Assembly: GCA_964649445.1 (NCBI GenBank)
Contig: CAZYPS010000005.1
Location: forward strand, 1 to 54,929
Direction of reading: 5' to 3'
DNA length: 54,929 nucleotides
DNA from: an uncultured Thermotogae bacterium
GTDB taxonomy: Bacteria; Bipolaricaulota; Bipolaricaulia; M55B111
The notes beneath the pieces are model-generated. The model did not search any database. It was not told where the DNA came from and saw nothing but the letters and a program-made list of their open reading frames with translations. Shown here piece by piece: positions 1 through 8,698 of this stretch; the first letter of the stretch is position 1, and every line of letters begins with the position of its first letter. A program made the position numbers and the translations under genes.

Positions 1-162
1 TATACCCAAACCTACGAGGATCGAAAACGGCGCGGTCGGGACAGGATGGAGCCGTTTGTCGAGGACGTACTGAAGCGAGAACACGAGATAATATCCTCGC
101 ACAAAGACCGGGCTGATCTCCTTATCAGTTCTGATTACAAAGAGATCCAACTACAGGCCTAA
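1..162 (+). CDS. 3' end of a probable uridine kinase-family protein (truncated by window edge)
   Basis: Frame 1 is open from base 1 to TAA at 160-162: YTQTYEDRKRRGRDRMEPFVEDVLKREHEIISSHKDRADLLISSDYKEIQLQA. The RxxRGRD...EHxII..HK.RADLLI pattern resembles uridine kinase/PRK C-termini. Confidence 0.55.
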   Translation, partial: YTQTYEDRKRRGRDRMEPFVEDVLKREHEIISSHKDRADLLISSDYKEIQLQA

Positions 163-222
163 TTAAGCAGATTGTCTCTTTCCTTAACCTTTTCCCTAAC
201 ACCTCAACTCCTTCGTAAAAAT

Positions 223-255
223 AAAAAACGGCGGGGACGGTAAAGCCCCCGCCGT
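223..255 (-). terminator. Rho-independent terminator between convergent genes
   Basis: Stem ACGGCGGGG (228-236) / CCCCGCCGT (247-255). The A-run at 223-228 gives a U-tract on the minus strand, downstream of the PHP gene. Confidence 0.8.
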
Positions 256-286
256 AAATGGTGTAACTGATATTTAAATACTTATT

Positions 287-2551
287 TTATTCGTACCATA
301 CCGGGTTAGTATGAGCTATGTCGCCGTCCTCTTCGACTACTTTGAGAGCGTACCAACCTTCGCCTTCTACCATTTTTGAATGACCTATGATGTATTTATT
401 TCCGGCAAGATCGAAGGTCTTTACTTCTTCCCCGTTCTTGAGGAGTGTAGCTTCTTTCAGGGTTTCGGTACTCTTGACCATCGCTCGGATGGTTACCGTG
501 TCTTCTGAGACGGTTTCTCCCGGAACCTTTCCGTTGGCTTCCATGTAGACCAGCGGACCGTAGGACCAGAATGCCTTCTGCTCGTCAAGTGCCTGAACGA
601 ACTTGTCAGCTGTCAGTTCTCCATCGACGTAGGCATACGTCCTCTGAGCACCGGATCCGCCCCATTCCTGCCAGATATTGTGTGTATCGGAGTTTGCGAC
701 GGTCGTGTATTCCTTACCCTGATTCCAGAATTCGTAGGTCGCTTTTAGTGTAGACTCGTCGGAATCATCCCAGGCTCCGTTGATCTCGATTCCATCGAAA
801 CTACCGACAAAATCGTCACTCAGTTCGATCCCGTCTTCCGTGTGCGTTACTGTACGATCGAAGTAACTTCCGTTTATACTCGGGTGGTTGACCTGGATAA
901 AGCTAGCTCCTTTGTCCCGGGCGTCCTGGAAGAACTCTTCCGGTACTCCTTCATAACTTGGCGCGCTTCCCATATCCAGGGCGTACGCGTTGAAGTGACC
1001 CCAGGACTGGGTGGTAACTTCCATGCTCGGAATGAACGGCAGACCGTGTTCATCTGACAGGGAGCTGATTGCCTCGTGATTGGCTACTTTGTTGTGATCA
1101 CTGACGAAAGTCAGGTCCAGTTCGGAAGCGAGGTACGATTTGACCAGATCCTCGGGCGGAGTGGTTCCGTCCAGTATATTGGAATGGTGGTGCATGTCGG
1201 TCGCGTAGTAGTTTTTCTCGTTTGGCTGGAAGACCTTCTCAAACGTAGCGCTTACAGTTTCTTCCGCTCCCGGTTCCAGCTGGACGTCCATTGATTTCTC
1301 GTGGCTCGTATAGTTGTCGCCGTAGACGAGATCGAAGGTGTAATCCCCGGGAGGAAGGGTTATGGAAGCTTCACCATCGAAGTCAGTATAAATGGTCTCC
1401 CTGAACTTCCCATCGCTATTTACGAGAACCTGAGCGGGCGTTGCGCCGGATTCCTCCAGCTCTGTATTGAATTCCACATCCGCGGGTACTTTTACCTCGT
1501 CGTAAGTCACCTCGGTCGCCTCATCGGCCATTACCGAGAATTCAACCGGTTCGTTTTCCGAATAACTCTTAAGCCCGCCGTCTACAGTGTAGTCACCTTC
1601 TGCTAGGTTCAATTTCAGTACTCCCTCTGAGTCTCCCTGTACGGTCACTATATTTTCTCCGTCCTGTTTGATGTTGACGTAGGGGTTGGGCACGACGTTT
1701 CCTTCGGAGTCCGTTACGGTTGTCCGGAAGGTTCCGGTAGGTATGTCGTTGAGTTCGTAGTATTTGGTTAGCGGTAAGGAAACGTCCTTCTCTTCCCAGA
1801 TGAAGAAGTCCGCTTCTTCTATAACTTTATCACCGGGTTTCAGATTTATCACTTTGAAGGGATCCACCCAGGTATCGGAAGCGGTGAAGTCGGTCATTTC
1901 CTCGAAGTAGAAACCGTAAGTTCCTTTGTTTTTGTTATAACCTCCAACCCATTTGAGCGGAAGAGTATCCGCGCTGTGAAGGTCGTACATACCGGATTCA
2001 ACGTCTCCGTAGCCGGGGAGGTAGGTCTGCATGCCACTCATCGAAACACCGTAACCGGTCACCATTTCGTGCTCTTCTTCACCGACGTTTTCAACCGTAG
2101 TGTAGAGGTTGATGTGATTTTCTCCCGCTCTTAGAGTGTACCACGAGATTATTTTTACGTCTTCGTTATCCTGCCAGTGTCCTTTTGATCTTACTACGAC
2201 CTCTTTCGCGGTTTCCGTGATTACTTCTATGTCGGTATAATTTACCCAGGACCCGAAGTTGTCCGCCACAAAACCTAGCGTAGCTACCATGTCTCCGGTT
2301 TTCTGGTTACCAGCATCGACAATTACACCGGGAGGCATGCCGTAAGCTCCTCCGGTATCTACCCCTACAGAAAACTCGATCAGATCATTTCTAACGGTTA
2401 TGTCATTCGGCTTGGTCGCCTTCGCTTCGGACATCGCGGAAGTACCGCGTAATACCCGAACCTCACCCTCCTGAGCGACAGCCGGAAACAAAAACCCAAC
2501 CGTCAGTACAACTGCTAGTACCGCAACAACGCTAGTACGTCTATAGTGCAT
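287..2551 (-). CDS. Secreted PHP-domain metallohydrolase (CehA/McbA-like family) with Ig/carboxypeptidase-regulatory-like repeats
   Basis: Likely start is ATG at 2551 (GGTGAG SD) rather than 2662. Signal peptide ends AVA-QE. The C-terminal PHP motifs are DMHHHS..DG, SDHN, HFN, NHP, EING and NSDTH. Confidence 0.8.
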   Translation of the reverse strand: MHYRRTSVVAVLAVVLTVGFLFPAVAQEGEVRVLRGTSAMSEAKATKPNDITVRNDLIEFSVGVDTGGAYGMPPGVIVDAGNQKTGDMVATLGFVADNFGSWVNYTDIEVITETAKEVVVRSKGHWQDNEDVKIISWYTLRAGENHINLYTTVENVGEEEHEMVTGYGVSMSGMQTYLPGYGDVESGMYDLHSADTLPLKWVGGYNKNKGTYGFYFEEMTDFTASDTWVDPFKVINLKPGDKVIEEADFFIWEEKDVSLPLTKYYELNDIPTGTFRTTVTDSEGNVVPNPYVNIKQDGENIVTVQGDSEGVLKLNLAEGDYTVDGGLKSYSENEPVEFSVMADEATEVTYDEVKVPADVEFNTELEESGATPAQVLVNSDGKFRETIYTDFDGEASITLPPGDYTFDLVYGDNYTSHEKSMDVQLEPGAEETVSATFEKVFQPNEKNYYATDMHHHSNILDGTTPPEDLVKSYLASELDLTFVSDHNKVANHEAISSLSDEHGLPFIPSMEVTTQSWGHFNAYALDMGSAPSYEGVPEEFFQDARDKGASFIQVNHPSINGSYFDRTVTHTEDGIELSDDFVGSFDGIEINGAWDDSDESTLKATYEFWNQGKEYTTVANSDTHNIWQEWGGSGAQRTYAYVDGELTADKFVQALDEQKAFWSYGPLVYMEANGKVPGETVSEDTVTIRAMVKSTETLKEATLLKNGEEVKTFDLAGNKYIIGHSKMVEGEGWYALKVVEEDGDIAHTNPVWYE

Positions 2552-2700
2552 ATTCTCACCCCAAAAATGTAGTGTGGACTGAAAATTAAAAGGGATAAGT
2601 TCCCCCACCTGTAAATTTAAATTTGGTCGGACTTTGCGCATGTGGATGAATGTGTAAAGCATGGCTACTCAAGCTTTACCCACGTTCGAATTTCATTTTG

Positions 2701-2730
2701 ATTCTATCAAAACAGGGAAGGTAACATCAA
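2701..2730 (-). promoter_or_regulatory. Putative sigma70 promoter for the PHP hydrolase
   Basis: Minus strand TTGATG-18nt-TAGAAT with an extended -10 TG. Confidence 0.45.
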
Positions 2731-3211
2731 GCTAAAATAGATGATTTACCGGGATTGAAATTAACCTAAATTGAACGATTATTTCGTTTAAGACAAATTT
2801 CTAAAACAGAATACACAAGAAAGTCAGTTACGTTGAAAAAACTTAACTATATCACCCAGCGGGTAGTATAGTTAAAAGATTAATTCAAATTACTCTCTCA
2901 TAACTTTCAACCAGGAGTTAGAAGTAAAGCACTTAGAAGGGATGTCGCACCTGGAACAGGATTTTTAAACCGATAACAGTCCACTGCTCTATTTAAACAG
3001 GAGATTTATATTTCCAAATCACGTTAGGTGAGGTGTGTTTCCCAAGGATTGCCCCCTTTCCAAATGGGGTTGGCTTTGTTAAGAGAAATACCGGAGGACC
3101 TATTTTCGGTCTAAACATACTCTACAGAACACCCAACTCTTTCCAGCTGAGACAACAAAACTGCTCAATCTTGACTCCACTAGGGTTGAGCCACCTGTTA
3201 AACGGAAAAAC

Positions 3212-3240
3212 TTGAAATTATATAACAATTCTTATAAGAT
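3212..3240 (+). promoter_or_regulatory. Putative sigma70 promoter
   Basis: TTGAAA (3212-3217), 17 nt spacer, TAAGAT (3235-3240), upstream of the ORF at 3320. Confidence 0.55.
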
Positions 3241-3271
3241 AACAATTGTTAAAATAATAACAATCGTTATA
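3221..3271. promoter_or_regulatory. Three tandem palindromic operator-like sites (consensus ATAAC-AATT-GTTAT)
   Basis: TATAACAATTCTTATA (3221-3236), GATAACAATTGTTAAA (3238-3253) and AATAACAATCGTTATA (3256-3271), overlapping the promoter. Confidence 0.7.
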
Positions 3272-3319
3272 TTCAACCGGTGGAGGTTGAATTTGCCGAC
3301 CAAATAACGACCACAGGAG

Positions 3320-3763
3320 GTGAATAACTTGAGCCAAAATGATTCCGAATTCACCTTAACCGGGGTCGAGGAAGAAGAAATTGTCCTTATCGCCGGTGGC
3401 GAAATTGGTCCACTAAGAGACCTGATAACCAATTCTCTCAAAAACGGTGCCGACGACAACATCAGGCTATTTTTTGGTGCCGATACCCAAAAAGACCTCA
3501 ATGGCCACGAAAAACTAAGGGATATGGCCTCTCTTTCCGATAACTTTAGCATGGTGACCGCCTTAAATACCTCAAACCCGGAATGGGACGGAGAGGTGGG
3601 TTTGATCACCGACGTGATCCGGGACAAATTGAATCCGGATAAAGCCAGCAAGTTCTTGCTTTACGGTACGGACGTAATGATAGAAGAAACCAAACAAACA
3701 CTTACCGACTTAGGTGTTCCGGAAGCAAAAATCCAGCACAAATCCTTGAATCGAACTCATTAG
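3320..3763 (+). CDS. Stand-alone NAD(P)-binding domain of the ferredoxin-NADP reductase/NqrF family
   Basis: AGGAG SD with GTG start. IVLIAGGEIGPLR, LFFGA, WDGEVGLITDV and FLLYG..MIE..L..LGVPE match the FNR-type NAD-binding domain. There is no FAD-binding domain. Confidence 0.7.
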   Translation: MNNLSQNDSEFTLTGVEEEEIVLIAGGEIGPLRDLITNSLKNGADDNIRLFFGADTQKDLNGHEKLRDMASLSDNFSMVTALNTSNPEWDGEVGLITDVIRDKLNPDKASKFLLYGTDVMIEETKQTLTDLGVPEAKIQHKSLNRTH

Positions 3764-3861
3764 GAAGACCAGAACTAAACTAAAAAATTATCGGTTCGGG
3801 TTCCATATACTTAAGTCCATTTCCCAGATATCGGGCATACATTCTACGGGGTGGTGGAATT

Positions 3862-4137
3862 ATGTCTAAAGAAAACGGCGACTGGGAGGTCGAGGAAATA
3901 GAAGATTTTATCTGGAAACATCTCTGCAAATCCGAAACCGGTAGAGCTGACTTCGCTCCTCTTTTATTGAACCAGAAGAGAGAATCGCCAAGTTCGCCAA
4001 AGTTCGGAGAAACCGTGGACCAGATGAAAAAACAGGGATTCCTTACTGATAACAGACCAAATTACGGACACTACTGGTTAAAATTGGAGTCATCCGGAAA
4101 AATAAAGTGCGAAGAGGAGGTTGAACTACCCGGCTAA
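3862..4137 (+). CDS. Hypothetical protein (possible winged-helix-like fold)
   Basis: 91 aa, GGGGTGGTGG SD, acidic N- and C-termini like other genuine genes here. VDQMKKQGFL...YWLKLESSG is reminiscent of wHTH wings. Confidence 0.55.
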   Translation: MSKENGDWEVEEIEDFIWKHLCKSETGRADFAPLLLNQKRESPSSPKFGETVDQMKKQGFLTDNRPNYGHYWLKLESSGKIKCEEEVELPG

Positions 4138-4273
4138 AAAATATTTATGAACTTTATTTAATATTAGAATATTAGACTTTCTTAAGCTAGCCTAAATTAA
4201 CCGACTCAATTGCGGTATTGATTGAACTTTTTGGTTTCGATTCGTTCCGAAAAGTTCTTCCAGTATCTCACCC

Positions 4274-4519
4274 TCAGGTCCTCCAACCACCACTACCTCT
4301 CTCATAAGGAGAGAAGTGTTTTGGGTTAAACTCACCTTTTCTATCTATGTGTACCTCCAGGTTTACTATTGCACCGAAACTAGTCTCCCAGTCCCGGCTG
4401 CAGTAGCCGTTGACTTCGTCTTCCAGTTTCTCTTCGGAAATTAACGCCTTCCTGTCATTCTTCATTAACGTTTCGTGCTTCTCTTTCACCATATTTTTCA
4501 ATATTTCATCCAATAACAA
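4274..4519 (-). CDS. Hypothetical protein (or gene remnant)
   Basis: 81 aa ORF with protein-like composition, but TTG start and no good SD. Confidence 0.3.
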   Translation of the reverse strand: MLLDEILKNMVKEKHETLMKNDRKALISEEKLEDEVNGYCSRDWETSFGAIVNLEVHIDRKGEFNPKHFSPYERGSGGWRT

Positions 4520-4689
4520 AGAAAAGAAATCTTTTCACACCTACCACTCCATTAATTTATTTTTGAAACCGTCGGAAAAGCAATCGTTAGTTAAAATTGA
4601 TTATATCTGCTGCATTACGATCTGGCAGCTTTTAAAATGAAGAAGTTTAAATTTCGAAGAACAATAGATTTCGAAAAGGGAATCTTAGT

Positions 4690-4718
4690 TTTACAAAATC
4701 AATTTTTGATAGTAAAAT
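4690..4718 (+). promoter_or_regulatory. Putative sigma70 promoter
   Basis: TTTACA (4690-4695), 17 nt spacer, TAAAAT (4713-4718). Confidence 0.55.
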
Positions 4719-4759
4719 AAAGGGAGAGTAAATTTTGAAAGGGAAGAAGGGAGGCAAAT

Positions 4760-6592
4760 ATGATGAATAGAACTTATAGAAAATTTGGTCGAACCGGCGT
4801 ACTGATCGCTCTGCTTATGGTGGTTCTATTTAGTATAACTGCCGCAGGGGAAGATTACGCAGTCACCCAAGACGGAACATCCCACACAATCACGCCGTTA
4901 ACAAAAACGGAGAGTGCCACAAGTTTTTACGATTATTACGACTACGAAGCTCACACGAATCCCAGCGTGGAATTACCAGACGAAAGCGTGCTTTTTCTTT
5001 ATCGAAACCAGAACACTGGTAAATTAAGCCTGTTCGTAATCCATCACGATGGCGAGGACCCCTTGGACTTCGATAACTATAAACTTAAAGAGGCTAGCTT
5101 GACTTTTTCAGGGGTTCCCAGTACCGCACAGGTGGCTGTCGAGGATGACCCGGAAGATGACGATTACGGGCTAAATTCTACGATTAGCTGGGGGTGGCCG
5201 GATTATAGAACTGACGGTTTGGTTATAACCGACCTGGGTAACGAATTCTCAATTACCATTGATCCGGACTTTACGAAAGGAATCAATGACTGGAAAGTTG
5301 CCACCGGGGACATAAATAACCCAACCTACATCTCCCTCGATATGACGGAACCCTTGGAGATAACCGACCAGGGACAAACCCCTGATGCTCCGATAAGCCT
5401 TTCCGGTCAGGCTCTTTCAACTTCCGAGATCGAACTAAACTGGACGGACAATTCGGACGACGAAGACGGGTTTAGAATTTACCGTGACGGATCGGAAGTC
5501 GCTACGGTTGGCGCCAACGTGACGAGCTTTAAAGACACGGGTCTTTCAGCCGGCACTACTTATACCTATTATGTTGCCGCTTACAACACGCATGGAGAAT
5601 CATCTTCTTCTAACAGCGTAGATGTCACCACCCATAGTGCTTCCGGCCCGGACTCCGAATACACTGCCGATGATAATACTTGGAACCTTCTGTCCATCCC
5701 CTTAATGCCGAGTCCAGACGACTGCCCGAGCGTAATAGGAGACGATCTGCCATCAGGAGAGGACTGTGATAGTCTAACCTGGGGTCCGTGGGATGGTTCC
5801 GACTTTACGGATTTAATTACCATGGATCCATTTGAAGCATTCTGGCTCTGGGCCCCCTCGGATATAGTCCTGGGCGTTTCCGGCACTGTACCTTCGGATA
5901 GAGAAATCACGCTCGAGGACAGAACAGGCTGGCATATGATCGGATCACTAGGAGAGATAGACTGGGGTGAAGTTAGACTAAAGGAAAACGGAGGTTCTTA
6001 CAGGAGCATAAAGAACATCGACGTTACGGCGGCCGGTTCGCCAATTTACAACTCAATATACGAATACGTTCCGGCCAGTAAAGACTTCACCGTCTCCCAG
6101 CAGCCTAACTGGGATGACTTCGTTCTCGAGCCCTGGAAGGGCTACTACATCTACGTTCAGGAAGGGGCGAACACACCGATATCTCTAGATTTTGGAGAGG
6201 CGGAAGGACCGCCAACCCCACCGGCACCGGACAGCTCATCACAGGGAACTTTACTCAGCAAATTGGATAAAGACGCCCTATTAAATCCTCCTTCACCTGA
6301 GATGAGGGATACCGGAATGGATCTTTTCGAAGTTAGCGTTTCTTCCCAATCCACAGGTGACGGATCACGGGTAACGTTCGAAGTGCCCGGCGAAGGCGTT
6401 TCTTCAGTTCAGGACTTTACTATAAAAGTGAAGAACGCCAGCGGAGAAACGATATTCGCCTCGGAGACGACGAAGTCAAGAATTCAATGGAATACGAAAG
6501 GTGTGGCAAACGGAGTCTATCTCTATATAGCGACCGTAAGAAGCAGTACGGTCAGTGGAACTGATATCGGGAAATTACTGATCTTGAACTAA
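4760..6592 (+). CDS. Secreted/surface protein with fibronectin type III domain and T9SS-type-A/FlgD-like C-terminal domain
   Basis: Signal peptide; FN3 segment PDAP..L....IELNWTDNS..EDGFRIYR...LSAGTTYTYYVAAYN; Pro-rich linker; C-terminus IQWNTKGVANGVYLY...GKLLILN. Confidence 0.8.
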   Translation: MMNRTYRKFGRTGVLIALLMVVLFSITAAGEDYAVTQDGTSHTITPLTKTESATSFYDYYDYEAHTNPSVELPDESVLFLYRNQNTGKLSLFVIHHDGEDPLDFDNYKLKEASLTFSGVPSTAQVAVEDDPEDDDYGLNSTISWGWPDYRTDGLVITDLGNEFSITIDPDFTKGINDWKVATGDINNPTYISLDMTEPLEITDQGQTPDAPISLSGQALSTSEIELNWTDNSDDEDGFRIYRDGSEVATVGANVTSFKDTGLSAGTTYTYYVAAYNTHGESSSSNSVDVTTHSASGPDSEYTADDNTWNLLSIPLMPSPDDCPSVIGDDLPSGEDCDSLTWGPWDGSDFTDLITMDPFEAFWLWAPSDIVLGVSGTVPSDREITLEDRTGWHMIGSLGEIDWGEVRLKENGGSYRSIKNIDVTAAGSPIYNSIYEYVPASKDFTVSQQPNWDDFVLEPWKGYYIYVQEGANTPISLDFGEAEGPPTPPAPDSSSQGTLLSKLDKDALLNPPSPEMRDTGMDLFEVSVSSQSTGDGSRVTFEVPGEGVSSVQDFTIKVKNASGETIFASETTKSRIQWNTKGVANGVYLYIATVRSSTVSGTDIGKLLILN

Positions 6593-6733
6593 CCAGAAAC
6601 CGAATGCTTCGAGTTCGTTGATTACCAAGTATACAGCGCTTGGATTCGACAGCGAACGGCTGAATAAAAACCAGAATCGATCCACTAGAATTTGTAATTT
6701 CCGGGAATTAACGGAAGATAACAAATTGATTTC

Positions 6734-6790
6734 AAAACCGGCCGACACACTCCTGGAATTAATCGGGGAGAGTTCGGCCGGTTTTTCTTT
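6734..6790. terminator. Bidirectional terminator between convergent genes
   Basis: AAAACCGGCCGA (6734-6745) / TCGGCCGGTTTT (6774-6785), with T-rich tails on both strands. Confidence 0.7.
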
Positions 6791-6833
6791 CTCGATTAAT
6801 CCCTTTAAATCAATCCAAGTTTTCTCAAGAAAA

Positions 6834-7673
6834 CTAGCCTTGCAACCTTGGATCAGCTATATCCCTGATTCCGTCGCCTATCATGTTGAAGGAGAGGACG
6901 GTTATAAGAATGGCTGCACCGGGAATTAGGGAAAGCCAGGGCGCCATTACCAGGTGATTAACCCCGGCACGGACCATATTTCCCCAGCTCGGGGTCGGAG
7001 GTGAGACGCCCAACCCGATAAAGCTCAAATTTGCCTCAATTCTTATCGCAGTAGCTATCCAGAGAGTAGCCATCACCAGGATTTCTCCCAGAATATTCGG
7101 GATTATGTGGCGGAAAAGTATTCTCGTCGGCCTGGCACCAATCGCCTTTGCAGCTTCTATGTAGCTCTCCTCCCGGATAGAAAGGGTAGGACCGTGGGCA
7201 ATCCTAGCAAACCGTGGTGCCATCGCGACACCAATTGCAATTATCAACTTATCGAGACCGCCTCCAAGAACGGCCATGATTACCAGACCCAGTACCAGCG
7301 TCGGGAAGGACAGACCGATATCCACGCCCCTCATCAACGTTCCTTCAACCCAGCCTCCAGTATATCCGGCAATCACCCCAATTATCGAACCTACAGTCAT
7401 TCCAAACAGAACTGAAAAGAAGCCAACCATCAGTGAAATCCTCGAGGCCCAGATTATCCGGGAAAGGATGTCCCTCCCGTAATTATCCGTACCGAAAAAA
7501 TGAACGCCACCGGGCGGATTATACTGATTCAATACGTCCTGCTCTAGTGGAGAATAAGGGGATATTACGGGGGCAAGGATCGCTATTAGCCCGATTAATA
7601 CCGTCAGAACCATCCCGACAACGGCGATCTTATTCTTTCTGAAAATTCGCCATATTCTCTTTTTATATTCCAC
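6834..7673 (-). CDS. dppC: Peptide/nickel ABC transporter permease (DppC/OppC family)
   Basis: HFFGTDNYGRDILSR, EAA loop (YIEAAKAIGA), LSFIGLGV.PP.PSWG. Confidence 0.92.
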   Translation of the reverse strand: MEYKKRIWRIFRKNKIAVVGMVLTVLIGLIAILAPVISPYSPLEQDVLNQYNPPGGVHFFGTDNYGRDILSRIIWASRISLMVGFFSVLFGMTVGSIIGVIAGYTGGWVEGTLMRGVDIGLSFPTLVLGLVIMAVLGGGLDKLIIAIGVAMAPRFARIAHGPTLSIREESYIEAAKAIGARPTRILFRHIIPNILGEILVMATLWIATAIRIEANLSFIGLGVSPPTPSWGNMVRAGVNHLVMAPWLSLIPGAAILITVLSFNMIGDGIRDIADPRLQG

Positions 7674-7681
7674 GGCTCCTC

Positions 7682-8626
7682 CTAACCGTATCTAACCCTG
7701 GGATCGACTAGGCCGTAGGACAGGTCCGTCATAAGGTTTATAATCACTACCAGTGCAGCATAAACCGTAAGCAGCGATTGCAACATCAAATAGTCTCGCT
7801 GCTTCATTGCCATAACCATCAGTTTTCCGAGCCCCGGCCGGCTGAAAACTATCTCCGTCATGACAGAACTGCCGATTAGGACGATCGAGTAAACCCCGAG
7901 GACCGATAGAATGGGGACAAGTGCATTTTTCAGGATATGTTTGTAAATAACCACTCGCTCTTTTAATCCCTTGGACCGGGCGGTAGAAACGTAGTCCTGA
8001 TTCAAAATATTTAAGATCGAAGATCTAGTCATACGGGTAACGTAAGCAGTCATAATCAATCCTAGCGTTAGTCCCGGCAGGACCAGGTGATAGAGAAGAT
8101 CAATTACATCACCATGTTCGCCACCGCCGACGGTCGGGAACAATTCGAGCTGAATAGAGAAGAGCATCATCAAGAGAATACCAAGATAAAATGCGGGAAT
8201 CGACAACCCCGCCAGAGAAAATATCCGACCCAGATAGTCAATTATTGCATTACGATGGACTGCAGTTAATACTCCGAGAGGTATTCCGAGCAACGAACCC
8301 AGAAACACCCCGGAAAAAGTTAGTTCGAGAGTGTATGGTAGCGCGTGTAAAACCTGTGACCCCACCGATTGCTGCGATATCAATGATTTGCCGAGGTTTC
8401 CATGAACCAATCCGGTTAAATATGCGAAATATTGATTCCACAGAGGTTTATCCAACCCCATTTTTGTCCTGAGGTTTTCGATCGCTTTTTTTGACGCCTG
8501 CTGCCCCAGAACTGCCGTGGCAGGATCGCCTGGTGCCACCCGGACCAGTAAAAACACCAGAGTCAATACCACCAAAAGTGTAGGAATAGCGACCAATAAT
8601 CTCCTAATTATATACGAAGTCATCAC
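7682..8626 (-). CDS. dppB: Peptide/nickel ABC transporter permease (DppB/OppB family)
   Basis: YIIRRLL, PGDPA, GLDKPL..QY, DYVSTARSKGL, DPRVRY. Confidence 0.92.
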   Translation of the reverse strand: MMTSYIIRRLLVAIPTLLVVLTLVFLLVRVAPGDPATAVLGQQASKKAIENLRTKMGLDKPLWNQYFAYLTGLVHGNLGKSLISQQSVGSQVLHALPYTLELTFSGVFLGSLLGIPLGVLTAVHRNAIIDYLGRIFSLAGLSIPAFYLGILLMMLFSIQLELFPTVGGGEHGDVIDLLYHLVLPGLTLGLIMTAYVTRMTRSSILNILNQDYVSTARSKGLKERVVIYKHILKNALVPILSVLGVYSIVLIGSSVMTEIVFSRPGLGKLMVMAMKQRDYLMLQSLLTVYAALVVIINLMTDLSYGLVDPRVRYG

Positions 8627-8654
8627 ATCACCATAATTCCAGGATTAAAGTGAA

Positions 8655-8680
8655 GCGGGAGGGGCGTACGCCCCTCCCGC
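8655..8680 (-). terminator. Perfect 26-bp palindrome between SBP and permease genes (attenuator/mRNA stabiliser)
   Basis: GCGGGAGGGGCGT/ACGCCCCTCCCGC, with only a weak U-tract. Confidence 0.65.
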
Positions 8681-8698
8681 ACAACTAATCAGCCCTAT

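Noticed and set aside
2552-2662. N-terminal extensions predicted by the ORF track (also 16779, 28985, 39454 and 48847)
   Set aside because: Downstream ATGs have clear SD sequences and give family-typical N-termini.
3033-3215. 60-aa ORF as the lost FAD-binding half of the downstream reductase domain
   Set aside because: No RxYS or GxxS motifs, and a separate promoter lies between it and the gene at 3320.
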